A stretch of 64,000 nucleotides of DNA from Verrucomicrobiota bacterium (GTDB lineage Bacteria > Verrucomicrobiota > Verrucomicrobiia > Limisphaerales > UBA11358). The DNA lies in the NCBI GenBank assembly GCA_049523455.1, contig JBEKMW010000009.1, positions 6,758-70,757 of the forward strand, read 5' to 3'. Shown here in pieces: positions 18,342-27,905 of this stretch. The translations under genes and the position numbers were made by a program. The notes under the pieces were generated by a model. That model saw only the letters and a list, made by a program, of their open reading frames with translations. It was not told the DNA's origin and did no database searches. Positions within the stretch are counted from its first letter, which is position 1; the number at the start of each line of letters is the position of its first letter.

Positions 18342-21299
18342 TTACCCCGTGCAGGTGCACACCGGATTACGGTCGCCATAGACGTTGTCCACGCGGCCCA
18401 CGATGGGCCAGAATTTGTATTCGCGCAGGCCCGGTACCGGATACGCCGCCTGCTCGCGCGGGTACGGCCGGTCCCAATGGTCCGCCGTCACCACGTCCGC
18501 CGTGTGCGGCGCGTTTTTTAGCACGTTGTTCTGCCCATCCGCCGCGCCGGATTCAACCGCCGTCATCTCGGCGTGGATGGCGATCATCGCGTCGCAAAAA
18601 CGGTCCAATTCGCATTTTGCTTCGCTCTCGGTCGGCTCCACCATCAGCGTGCCCGCCACCGGAAACGACAACGTGGGCGCGTGAAATCCGTAATCCATCA
18701 GCCGCTTGGCCACGTCCTCGGCGGTGACCCGCTTGAACCCGCGCAATTCCAAAATGCACTCATGCGCCACCAGCCCGCCGGGCCCGCGATAGAGCGTGGG
18801 AAAATATTTCTCCAACTGCTTGGCGATATAATTCGCGTTCAAGATCGCGAAGCGTGTGGCCTCCGTCAGTCCCTCCGCTCCCATGGCGGCGATGTACGCC
18901 CAGGAAATCGGCAGGATGCCTGCGCTGCCCCAAGGCGCGCCGGCAACCGCGCCGATGTGTTGCTTCGAATGCTTAGGGCCCAACCGCCCTGTGAACACCG
19001 GATGGCTCGGCAGGAACTCGACCAAGTGTTTCGCCACGCCAATCGGCCCCACGCCCGGCCCGCCGCCGCCATGCGGGATGCAAAACGTCTTGTGCAGGTT
19101 CAAATGGCATACGTCCGCGCCGATGCGCCCCGGTGAGGTCAAGCCCGCTTGCGCGTTCAAGTTCGCGCCATCCATATAGACCTGTCCGCCGTGCGCGTGG
19201 ATGATTTCGCAAATCTCCCGGATCGTTTCCTCAAAAACTCCGTGCGTGGATGGATACGTGACCATCAAGCACGCCAATTCGTCTTTGTGCGCCTCGGCTT
19301 TGCTCCGCAAATCCGCCACGTCAATATTGCCATCGCTATCGCACGCCACGACAACGACTCTTAACCCGGCCATTGCGGCGCTGGCGGGATTGGTGCCGTG
19401 GGCGGACGTCGGAATCAGGCACACCTTCCGCTGCGCCTGGCCGCGCGACTCGTGATAGGCGCGAATAACCAGCAGGCCGGTGTATTCACCCTGCGAACCG
19501 GCATTGGGCTGCAAGCAAATCCCGGCGAACCCGGTGATTTCCGCCAGCCAGTCCTCCAAGTTCTGAAACAGGATTTGGTACCCGCGCGCCTGTCGTAACG
19601 GTGCAAACGGGTGAATGCCGGCAAATTCCGGCCACGATATCGGCAGCATTTCAAACGCCGCATTGAGCTTCATCGTGCACGAGCCCAGCGGTATCATCGA
19701 AGCCGTAAGCGACAAATCGCGCGATTCCAGTCGCTTGAGATACCGCATCATCTCGGTCTCGCTGTGGTAGCGGTTGAAAACTTTGTGAGTGAGGATTGCC
19801 GATTGCCGGTCGCCGACTGCCGATTGCCGATTGCCAGCCAGTTCGGCCACGGAAAATTTAACGGGTTTATTGCCATTGAAGATTTGCCAGATTTCGGCCA
19901 CGTCTTTGGCGCCGGTCGTTTCGTCCAACGAAATACCGATGGTGTGGCCGTCAACCACACGGAAATTGACGTGGCGTGCCTCGGCAAGTTTCACAATTTC
20001 CGCCGCGCGCTTGTTGCCAAGCGAAACAACGAGCGTGTCAAAGTAGGACAGGCGTCCCGCCTGTCCCGCTCCTTTTGCGCTTGCCTTTAAAGATGGAGAC
20101 AGGCGCGACCCGTCCTTCGTGGCAGGGCTACTGCGGAGGGCGGACGCCTGTCCTACGGTGAAGCCAAGTTTCCCCAAACCCGCGGCGAGCGTGGCCGTCA
20201 ATCCGTGGATGCGTTCCGCAATTTTCTTCAGCCCTTCCGGCCCGTGATAGACGGCGTACATCGCGGCCATGCTCGCCAGCAACGCTTGCGCCGTGCAGAT
20301 GTTGCTCGTCGCCCTCTCACGGCGGATGTGCTGCTCGCGCGTGCCGAGCGCCAACCGCAGCGCCGGCTGGCCGCGTGAATCCCGCGACACGCCTACCAGA
20401 CGGCCCGGCATCTGCCGCTTGAATTCGTCGCGCGTGGCGAAGAACGCCGCGTGCGGCCCGCCGTACCCCAGCGGCACCCCAAACCGTTGCGCGCTGCCCA
20501 CCGCCACGTCGGCGCCGAATTCACCCGGCGGTTGGATGAGCGTGAGCGCCAGCAAATCCGTGGCCACCGTCACCATCGCTCCGGCCGCATGCGCCTTCTC
20601 CACCAGCGACCCGTAATCCTCAATCGCTCCAAACGTGTCCGGATACTGCACCAGCACGCCAAAAACTTTTTCGCTGAACGGGAAATCTTCGGGAGACCCG
20701 GTCACCACTTCGATTCCCAATGCCCTTGCCCGCGTGCGGACGACCTCGATGTTTTGCGGATGGCAGGTTTCGGAAACCAGGAACACGTTGCGTTCCTCTC
20801 CGCCTTTGAGCCGATGGCACATCATCATGGCTTCCGCGCAAGCCGTGGCTTCGTCGAGCAAAGAGGCATTGGCCACCTCCAGCGCCGTGAGATCGCACAC
20901 CATCGTCTGGAAATTCAAGAACGCCTCGAGCCGCCCTTGCGAAATCTCGGCCTGATACGGTGTGTATTGCGTGTACCAGCCCGGATTTTCCAGCAGGTTG
21001 CGCTGGATGACCGCCGGCGTGATGCAATTGTAGTAGCCCATGCCGATGAACGAGCGGCAGACCCGGTTCTGCGAAGCGATCTCTTTTAGCGCCGCGAGCA
21101 CCTCATGTTCGCTGCGTGCCGGCGGCAGATTCAATTTCTTGTCGAGCCGGATTTTCCGCGGCACGGCGGCGTCCACCAGTGCGTCGAGGCTCGGAAAGCC
21201 GAGCAACGCGAGCATTTCCTTCGCCTCCCGGGCATTCGGTCCCACGTGGCGTCGTACAAATTCGTCTGGGTGTGCAGTTGGATTTTGGGTCACAGCCAT
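18342..21299 (-). CDS. gcvP: Glycine dehydrogenase (aminomethyl-transferring), fused P-protein
   Basis: 985 aa. [42 protein letters not shown] (PLP-Lys), [16 protein letters not shown]. Confidence 0.97.
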   Translation of the reverse strand: MAVTQNPTAHPDEFVRRHVGPNAREAKEMLALLGFPSLDALVDAAVPRKIRLDKKLNLPPARSEHEVLAALKEIASQNRVCRSFIGMGYYNCITPAVIQRNLLENPGWYTQYTPYQAEISQGRLEAFLNFQTMVCDLTALEVANASLLDEATACAEAMMMCHRLKGGEERNVFLVSETCHPQNIEVVRTRARALGIEVVTGSPEDFPFSEKVFGVLVQYPDTFGAIEDYGSLVEKAHAAGAMVTVATDLLALTLIQPPGEFGADVAVGSAQRFGVPLGYGGPHAAFFATRDEFKRQMPGRLVGVSRDSRGQPALRLALGTREQHIRRERATSNICTAQALLASMAAMYAVYHGPEGLKKIAERIHGLTATLAAGLGKLGFTVGQASALRSSPATKDGSRLSPSLKASAKGAGQAGRLSYFDTLVVSLGNKRAAEIVKLAEARHVNFRVVDGHTIGISLDETTGAKDVAEIWQIFNGNKPVKFSVAELAGNRQSAVGDRQSAILTHKVFNRYHSETEMMRYLKRLESRDLSLTASMIPLGSCTMKLNAAFEMLPISWPEFAGIHPFAPLRQARGYQILFQNLEDWLAEITGFAGICLQPNAGSQGEYTGLLVIRAYHESRGQAQRKVCLIPTSAHGTNPASAAMAGLRVVVVACDSDGNIDVADLRSKAEAHKDELACLMVTYPSTHGVFEETIREICEIIHAHGGQVYMDGANLNAQAGLTSPGRIGADVCHLNLHKTFCIPHGGGGPGVGPIGVAKHLVEFLPSHPVFTGRLGPKHSKQHIGAVAGAPWGSAGILPISWAYIAAMGAEGLTEATRFAILNANYIAKQLEKYFPTLYRGPGGLVAHECILELRGFKRVTAEDVAKRLMDYGFHAPTLSFPVAGTLMVEPTESEAKCELDRFCDAMIAIHAEMTAVESGAADGQNNVLKNAPHTADVVTADHWDRPYPREQAAYPVPGLREYKFWPIVGRVDNVYGDRNPVCTCTG
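19794..19835. repeat. Six tandem GATTGCC-type heptamers (42 bp) inside gcvP
   Basis: gattgcc gattgcc ggtcgcc gactgcc gattgcc gattgcc. Encodes [14 protein letters not shown] on the minus strand. Confidence 0.9.
20043..20156. repeat. 114-bp REPIN-like element with perfect 15-bp terminal inverted repeats, in frame within gcvP
   Basis: GTAGGACAGGCGTCC (20043-20057) and GGACGCCTGTCCTAC (20142-20156). 38 codons. Confidence 0.9.
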
Positions 21300-21454
21300 C
21301 TGCCGAAATTATAGTTCCACGCCCGAAAAAGCGAGATTAGAATTGCCATCTGGCACATGAACTCCCCCATGAACCGGGGAGCATCGAACACTGCAGACCA
21401 CAGACCACAGACGGTCGGAAACGCTAAAACGCTAAAACGCTGAACCGAGGCGGG

Positions 21455-21582
21455 ACCTTTTGGACTGCGCCGGCAAAGCGAAGCGGCGACGGCGCTTTGG
21501 AAATGGCAAGGCGTGTCCGGTGGTTTAATTGAACTTCGGAAAGCGGTGTCGTGCTGCGCTTGCCACCGCAGTCCAAGACGCA
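21455..21582. repeat. REPIN-like inverted doublet (TTGGACTGCG..GGCAA.GCG...CGCTTT family)
   Basis: The 21457-21503 arm and the reverse complement of the 21536-21580 arm align: ttggactgcgccggcaaagcgaagcggcgacggcgctttgg against ttggactgcggtggcaagcgcagcacgacaccgctttcc. Confidence 0.75.
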
Positions 21583-22029
21583 GGCGCCTGATTCGTTAGC
21601 ACCCTGCCTGCCTGCGGTTCTGATGACCTAAAGGTCGTTTGGCGGCATTGTGGATTGTCCAGCGATTTCGAATGGAAGAATTGACGCCCCCTCTCCTCTC
21701 CCCCCTCTCCTATCGGGAATACACCTGCCGAAATCAGGGCAATAAAGGGCAATAGAGGGCGCTAAAGGCCACCACAGGACGCTCTCCATGAATTTGGGAA
21801 CATCGAACATCGAACGTCGAACATCGAATGAAAAGGAGCCCTCACCCCGGCCCTCTGCGCCCCATCCTCTCCAGGCGCTGCCTCCAAGGTTGCGCTCGCG
21901 GCTGGTTTTGGTTTATTCTCGCCCGAATGAAATGGCGCCTGACCAGCCGCAGGAATTACTTTCTCAAACATTCCCCTCGCGGCAGGCAAGCGGCGTCGCC
22001 TTGACCAGCTTGATTCGTCCAATTGAATT

Positions 22030-24123
22030 ATGAAGACCTACCAACCAGCGGATATCCGAAACTTCGCCATCGTCGGCCACGCCTCGTCGGGCAAAACCAT
22101 GCTCGCCGAGGCCATGCTCATGTGCGGCGGCGTCATCAACCGCATGGGCCGCATCGCCGATGGCTCCACGGTGTCCGATTATCATGTCGCGGAAAAGAAC
22201 CGCCAGATATCCGTCTCCGCTTCGCTCCTGCACGTGGACTGGACCGGGAAAAAGTTCAACATCATTGACTCGCCGGGCTACCTGGATTTCATCAGCGAAG
22301 GTCTGGGCGCGCTGCGGGTGAGCGATTTCGCGCTGGTGGTGGTCCATGCCCAGCACGGGCTTGGCGTGGGCACCGAGCGCGTGTGGAATTACGCCACGAA
22401 TTACGGCATCCCCAAATTCATCGCCGTCAATGCCGTGGACAAGGAGAACGTGGACTTCGAAGCCACCGTCAAGCAAATGCAGGAGCGGTTTGGGCGCCAC
22501 GTTTTTCCGCTGGCCGTGCCCATCAACGCCGGCCCGGGTTTCAACCGCGTGCTCGACATGCTGCGGAACGAAATCGTCACCTACGCCACCGACGGCTCGG
22601 GCAAATACCTAGAGGAGCCGGCCACCGGTGAATGGGAAGCCCGGGTCAAGGACCTCCACGGCCAGCTTATCGAGCACATCGCCGAGTCGGACGACGAACT
22701 GATGAACAAATTCTTCGAGCATGGCAGCCTGTCGGAGGAGGAATTCCGCGCCGGCATCCACGCGGCCGTGCAAAAGGAATCGTTCATTCCCCTGTTCGCG
22801 GTCTCGGCCGAAAATAATATTGGCGTGGCGCGCCTGATGGATTTCATCGCCAAATACGGCCCGTCACCCGTGGACCGCAAAAAGGTGCAGGCGCTGGACG
22901 CCAACGACAAGGAGATCGAAGTGGCCCTCGATAGCCATGACACCGTGGTTTACATATTCAAGACGATGGCCGAGGCGCACTTTGGCGAGCTGTCGTTCTT
23001 CCGTGTCTATTCAGGCTCCATCTCCACCGGCATGGATTTATTCAACAGCAACCGCAAAGCGAACGAACGCATCGGGCAGATCTACGTGCTGAATGGCCAA
23101 AACCGCGAGGCCGCCAACACCCTGGGCCCCGGCGACATCGGCGTGGTCGTAAAATTGAAGGTCACCCACACCGGCGACACGCTCTGCCACCCCAAACATC
23201 CCCTGGCGCTGGCAAAGGTTGCCTATCCCAAGCCCAATATCCACGCCGCGCTGGTCGCCCGGGTCAAGGGCGAAGAAGACAAGATAGCCTCCGGCCTGGC
23301 GGCCCTGCACGGCGAAGACCCCACATTCATATACGTGGTGGATGCGGAGTTACACCAGACGATCATCTCGGCCCAGGGCGAGTTGCATTTGGAAGTGGTG
23401 GCCGACCGCTTGCGGCGGCGCCACAACGTCCACGTGGAACTGGCCGAGCCGCGGGTGAAATACCGCGAGACGATCAAAGGCAAGGGCGATTCCAAGTACC
23501 GCCACAAGAAACAGACCGGCGGCGCCGGGCAATTTGCCGAGGTCTGGATGCGGATCGAGCCCAAACCGCGGGATAGCGGCGTGGAATTCACCAACTCGCT
23601 GGTGGGCCAAAACGTGGACCGGGTGTTTGTGCCGTCGGTGGAGAAAGGAGTGAACCAGGCGTGCATCGAGGGCATTCTGGCCGGCTGCCGGGTGACCGAT
23701 GTGAAGATTGACTTTTACGACGGCAAGATGCACCCGGTGGATTCCAAGGACATCGCGTTTCAGATCGCGGGCTATTTTGCGTTCAAGGAAGCGTTCCTGG
23801 CCGCCAGGCCGTGCCTGCTCGAACCGATTGAAACCGTCGAAATCCGCATTCCGGAGGACTGCATGGGCAAGGTCATGGGCGACCTCTCATCGCGGCGCGG
23901 AAAAATCATCGGGATGGACAGCGACGGCGTCTTTCAAGTGATCAAAGCCAGCGTGCCCGCCAAGGAGCTTTACCACTACTCCAGCACGCTGCGTTCACTG
24001 ACCGGCGGACGCGGCGTACATACCGAGGAATTCAGCCATTACGAGGAAATGCCGCGCGAGACCACGGAAAAGGTGATTGAAGAGGCGAAAAAACGAAAGG
24101 CGGCGGCGGCGGAAGCGCACTGA
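22030..24123 (+). CDS. Elongation factor G family GTPase (EF-G paralogue)
   Basis: 697 aa. G1 GHASSGKT, DSPGYLDF, NAVDK. Domains II-V are recognisable (for example GELHLEVV, GGAGQFA). The N-terminal G1 diverges from canonical AHIDAGKT. Confidence 0.9.
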   Translation: MKTYQPADIRNFAIVGHASSGKTMLAEAMLMCGGVINRMGRIADGSTVSDYHVAEKNRQISVSASLLHVDWTGKKFNIIDSPGYLDFISEGLGALRVSDFALVVVHAQHGLGVGTERVWNYATNYGIPKFIAVNAVDKENVDFEATVKQMQERFGRHVFPLAVPINAGPGFNRVLDMLRNEIVTYATDGSGKYLEEPATGEWEARVKDLHGQLIEHIAESDDELMNKFFEHGSLSEEEFRAGIHAAVQKESFIPLFAVSAENNIGVARLMDFIAKYGPSPVDRKKVQALDANDKEIEVALDSHDTVVYIFKTMAEAHFGELSFFRVYSGSISTGMDLFNSNRKANERIGQIYVLNGQNREAANTLGPGDIGVVVKLKVTHTGDTLCHPKHPLALAKVAYPKPNIHAALVARVKGEEDKIASGLAALHGEDPTFIYVVDAELHQTIISAQGELHLEVVADRLRRRHNVHVELAEPRVKYRETIKGKGDSKYRHKKQTGGAGQFAEVWMRIEPKPRDSGVEFTNSLVGQNVDRVFVPSVEKGVNQACIEGILAGCRVTDVKIDFYDGKMHPVDSKDIAFQIAGYFAFKEAFLAARPCLLEPIETVEIRIPEDCMGKVMGDLSSRRGKIIGMDSDGVFQVIKASVPAKELYHYSSTLRSLTGGRGVHTEEFSHYEEMPRETTEKVIEEAKKRKAAAAEAH

Positions 24124-24267
24124 GGGCGGACAAATCCGTTTGTTCGCCGACCATTGTGGTTTGCCCCTTCAAGGCAAAAAAGGTTTTCCGATTTTTCCGA
24201 GGGCGTTGCCCTCGGCTACGATGGTTCAGGCCTTTGGCCTGTGACCATTTTACCCACCATAAACGTC
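24124..24267. repeat. REP-like element (CCGAGGGC...GCCCTCGG hairpin followed by CTACGATGGTTCAGGCCTTTGGCC) inserted after the EF-G stop codon
   Basis: Same architecture as 38395-38515 (CCCAGGGCGG...GCCCTGGGCTATTATCGTTCGGGCTTTCAGCCC). Confidence 0.7.
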
Positions 24268-24401
24268 GAAGAAGCAAGGAACCGAAGGCGGCGGCGGAAG
24301 CGCACTGACCCGGGGAAAAACCCTGCCCTCAGGTGTTTTGAAACCTTGATCCCAATTTCGACCCGGCGGAGCCCCGTCCGTCGGATTGAATTGCCCGGCG
24401 C

Positions 24402-24656
24402 TCAGTGTGCCAGGAAAGTTGCGATGCGGCTGACGGCGGTGTACAGCGCGTCCTTCAGCTTGGCACGCTTGAATTTCAGTTCGTCAATCTCCTGATCGGT
24501 GGCGAATTCGATTTCTTCTTCGATTCGGCAAATGAGATCATCCACTTGATGGTATTCCTCGAACATCTGGCGAAACAAGTTGTCACTCAGCCGCAAGTGG
24601 CGGACGGTTTCGCGATGTTCGGGGAACTCGCTCAAGAAGGGGTGATGAATATCCAT
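24402..24656 (-). CDS. DUF465 (YdcH-like) protein
   Basis: HLRLSDNLFRQMFEEYHQVDDLICRIEEE...DELKFKRAKLKDALY is the DUF465 pattern. Confidence 0.85.
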   Translation of the reverse strand: MDIHHPFLSEFPEHRETVRHLRLSDNLFRQMFEEYHQVDDLICRIEEEIEFATDQEIDELKFKRAKLKDALYTAVSRIATFLAH

Positions 24657-24862
24657 TGGAACTCCTCCGGTGGAAGGTTAATCGGTCGCTGAACTATGGT
24701 CCTGGGTCCCATGACCTGTCCCTAATAAAGCGCAAATGGCAACGACGCGCCAGTAAAATTTTGTAAAATTTTCAACGGCGGTGGTCATTGCGTTTGTCCT
24801 CGGATTGCCTTTCCGGCTTTCCAAGACGGTGGGGATGGCCTAATTTGTGTCATCCTCGTGCC

Positions 24863-26365
24863 ATGCCGAGTGTTTACCTCAAGACTTTTGGTTGCCAGAT
24901 GAACGAGCGCGACAGCGAAGCCGTCGCCGCGCAGCTCGTGGCCAGAGGCTACACGCTCGCGCCGTCCGAAGCGGTGGCCGACGTGATTTTGCTCAACACG
25001 TGCAGCGTGCGCGACCTCGCGGAGCAGAAGGCGCTCGGCAAAATGACGGCGCTCATCGGCGATACCCGCCGCACGCGACCCAAGGTGGTGCTCGGCTTCC
25101 TGGGTTGCATGGCCCAAAGCCGCGGACAGGAACTCATTGACCGGTTGCCGGACGTGGATTTGGTCCTCGGCACGCAAAAGTTTCATCGCGCAGCGGATTA
25201 CCTGGACGAAATCCTGTCCGGCCGGCGTGAAAAAATTGTGGACGTGGCGGAAGAGGACGGCAGTGAAGCCACGATCCGCGAGCACTTGCTTTATGGCAAT
25301 GCCGCGGCCAATGGCAATGGTCATAGGCCGCCGCCGGTGACGGCGTTTGTCAGCATCATGCAGGGCTGCAACCAGTATTGCACTTTTTGCATCGTGCCTT
25401 ACACGCGCGGCAGGGAGCGCAGCCGCACCATTCCCGACCTCGTGGCCGAATGCCGCCAACTGGTCGCCCAGGGCGCGAAGGAGATCACGCTGCTTGGCCA
25501 GATTGTGACCAGTTATGGCAAACGCGGAGGTGTGGCGGCGGGCATCCTGCCTGCCTTAGAGCCGGGCTTCCAGCCCGGCGGGATGACCGTGGATAAGTCC
25601 GACGGTTCAACCATTTCAGAGAACGGTCCGGGCGGCAGGATGCCGCCCTCTACGGCAGGCAGGATGCCTGCCGCCACGAGCCCTTTTGTCCACCTGCTTG
25701 AAGCCGTCCACGAGATCGAAGGATTGGAACGGATCCGCTTCACCTCGCCGCACCCGAAAGGTTACGGCGACGATTTGATTGACGCTTACGCGCGGCTGCC
25801 GAAATTGGTCGAAAGCGCGCACCTGCCCGTTCAAAGCGGCAGCAATCGCGTGTTGAAATTGATGCACCGCGGCTATACGCGCGAACGTTACCTCGGAATC
25901 ATCGAGAAATTGCGGCGCGCCCGCCCCGGCATGGGCATCAGCACCGACCTGATTGTGGGCTTTCCCGGCGAGACCGAAGATGACTTTGAACAAACCCTTT
26001 CCCTGGCGCGCGAAGTGGAATTTGACCAGGCATTCATTTTCAAATACTCGCAACGCCGCGACACGCCCGCGGCCCAAATGCCGGACCAGGTTCCGCAACG
26101 CCTCCGGGAGGCGCGCAATCAGCGATTGTTGGAAGTCATCAACGAAATCGCGGGGCGCAGACATGCCGCGTTCGTGGGCCGGCAAACGCAAATTCTGGTG
26201 GAAGGCCCGAGCAAAAAGAACCCGGCGCGGATGACCGGCCGGACGCGCTGCAACAAGATAGTGGTCTTTGACGGCTCGGACCGCCATCGCGGCCAGCTCC
26301 TGGACGTGCGAATCATCCGCGCCGGTTCCTTTACGCTTTACGGCGAGCCGGATGTTCTGGAATGA
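24863..26365 (+). CDS. miaB: tRNA-2-methylthio-N6-dimethylallyladenosine synthase
   Basis: YLKTFGCQMNERDSE, radical-SAM CNQYCTFCIVPYTRG, LPVQSGSNRVLKLMHR, TRAM tail. The ORF is open from 24788 but ATG 24863 fits. Confidence 0.95.
   Translation: MPSVYLKTFGCQMNERDSEAVAAQLVARGYTLAPSEAVADVILLNTCSVRDLAEQKALGKMTALIGDTRRTRPKVVLGFLGCMAQSRGQELIDRLPDVDLVLGTQKFHRAADYLDEILSGRREKIVDVAEEDGSEATIREHLLYGNAAANGNGHRPPPVTAFVSIMQGCNQYCTFCIVPYTRGRERSRTIPDLVAECRQLVAQGAKEITLLGQIVTSYGKRGGVAAGILPALEPGFQPGGMTVDKSDGSTISENGPGGRMPPSTAGRMPAATSPFVHLLEAVHEIEGLERIRFTSPHPKGYGDDLIDAYARLPKLVESAHLPVQSGSNRVLKLMHRGYTRERYLGIIEKLRRARPGMGISTDLIVGFPGETEDDFEQTLSLAREVEFDQAFIFKYSQRRDTPAAQMPDQVPQRLREARNQRLLEVINEIAGRRHAAFVGRQTQILVEGPSKKNPARMTGRTRCNKIVVFDGSDRHRGQLLDVRIIRAGSFTLYGEPDVLE
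25534..25675. repeat. About 142-bp multi-hairpin repeat element inside miaB
   Basis: GGCGGCGGGCATCCTGCCTGCC (25534-25555) matches the reverse complement of GGCAGGCAGGATGCCTGCCGCC (25654-25675) at 21 of 22 positions. Internal hairpins GCCGGGCttccaGCCCGGC and GGCGGCAggaTGCCGCC. Confidence 0.85.
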
Positions 26366-26409
26366 AATTTTCGTGTCCATTCCTGTCCATTCGTGGTTAA
26401 CTTTTCTCA

Positions 26410-26964
26410 ATGAAACTATCGCTGTTGACGATTTTGCTGGGGCTGGGCATGGCCGTGCCGCAGCTTTATGGCCTCGCCAACCCGCAAAGGTTCATGGCCA
26501 CGGCGCGCCAGTTCCCGCGCAATCTGCCCGTCGGCATCGCGCTCATGCTCCTGGGCACGGCGTGGTTTCTGTGGAACGTGAACATCGAGCCCATTGCGGA
26601 CTTCTCGGCCTATAAAACGCCCATGATGGCCGGATTCGCCGCGGTGGGCATCTTGTCGTGCATCTACGTGCAGGACTTTCTGGCCGTGCGCGGCCTGGCA
26701 GTGGTGATGCTGTTGCTGGCCAAATTGATGGTGGATACGGGGCGTCCTCATTTGGCGGAGTCGCCTTGGGTGCTGGTGATTCAGGTCTGGGCCTACGTGC
26801 TGGTGGTGGCGGGCATTTGGTTCACGGTCACACCGTGGAGGCTGCGTGACCTGGTTAACTTCGCCACGGCCAACGAAACGCGCGTGCGCGTCGGCAGCGC
26901 GATCCGGCTGGCGTTTGCCTGCTTTGTGGTCATCCTGGGCCTGACGGCGTTTCGCGCGATGTGA
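26410..26964 (+). CDS. Integral membrane protein, hypothetical (about 5 TM segments)
   Basis: 184 aa, hydrophobic. Its stop overlaps the start of the next gene (GTGA). Confidence 0.6.
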   Translation: MKLSLLTILLGLGMAVPQLYGLANPQRFMATARQFPRNLPVGIALMLLGTAWFLWNVNIEPIADFSAYKTPMMAGFAAVGILSCIYVQDFLAVRGLAVVMLLLAKLMVDTGRPHLAESPWVLVIQVWAYVLVVAGIWFTVTPWRLRDLVNFATANETRVRVGSAIRLAFACFVVILGLTAFRAM

Positions 26965-27899
26965 GCGCCACCAAACCCAAGATTCTGGTCATTCGCGGCG
27001 GGGCCATTGGCGACTTCATTCTCACGTTGCCGGCAGTAGCCGCTTTGCGCCGCCAATTCCCCCAGGCCCATCTGGAAGTGCTCGGCTATCCGCACATCGC
27101 CCGGCTGGCGCTGGCCGGCGGGCTGGTAGACCGGGTGCAGCCGATTGAGGCGCCCAGCCTGGCCGGTTTTTTCGCGCGGGACACGGTGCTGGACCCGGAT
27201 TGGCGGGATTATTTCTCCGAGTTCGACCTTATCGTTTCGTATCTCTACGACCCGGATGAGATTTTCAAGGCCAACGTCTGTCGCTGCTCGGTACGACAAT
27301 TTATTTCCGGCCCCCATCGGCCCGGCGACGCCGAATCCGTCCACGCCACGCAAGTTTATCTCAAGCCGTTGGAACGGCTTGCCATCTTTGACGCTGACCC
27401 TATTCCGCGCCTGACGCTCAACGCTAGCCAACCGGGGCGCGGCCAGAACGGGAGCACCCAGCAATTGGCCCTTCATCCCGGCAGCGGCAGTGAGCGGAAG
27501 AATTGGCCAGAAGCCAAATGGGCTGAGCTGATTCAACGGATACGGCTCACCACCGACTGGCACCTCCTGCTCGTGGGCGGTGAAGCGGAAGGCGGACGCT
27601 TACGCCGTCTGGCAGGGCTGTTGCCGCCAGCGCGGTTTTCGCTGGCGCAGAGCCTGCCCTTGGTGGAGCTGGCCGAACGGCTACGGCCCGGCTCGGCGTT
27701 TGCCGGGCACGATTCCGGCATTACGCACCTGGCCGCGGCCTTGGGGCTGCCTTGCCTGGTTTTGTGGGCGGACACCTTGGAGGAAATCTGGCGTCCGCAA
27801 GGCGAACGACTGGTGATATTGAAGGAAATCACCGGCATCCGAGACATCAGCGTGGACAAAGTGATGGGAGAATTGCGGGCGTTGATCCAAAAAGGATAA
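26961..27899 (+). CDS. Glycosyltransferase family 9 (heptosyltransferase-like)
   Basis: KILVIRGGAIGDFILTLPAV...GHDSGITHLAAALGLPCLVLW. Confidence 0.85.
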   Translation: MSATKPKILVIRGGAIGDFILTLPAVAALRRQFPQAHLEVLGYPHIARLALAGGLVDRVQPIEAPSLAGFFARDTVLDPDWRDYFSEFDLIVSYLYDPDEIFKANVCRCSVRQFISGPHRPGDAESVHATQVYLKPLERLAIFDADPIPRLTLNASQPGRGQNGSTQQLALHPGSGSERKNWPEAKWAELIQRIRLTTDWHLLLVGGEAEGGRLRRLAGLLPPARFSLAQSLPLVELAERLRPGSAFAGHDSGITHLAAALGLPCLVLWADTLEEIWRPQGERLVILKEITGIRDISVDKVMGELRALIQKG

Positions 27900-27905
27900 C
27901 GAAGC

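Noticed and set aside
21300-21560. Possible glycine riboswitch in the gcvP leader
   Set aside because: I could not find the conserved GGAGAG...CACCG...CTCAGGCAA-type cores on the minus strand. The region is occupied by dispersed repeats.
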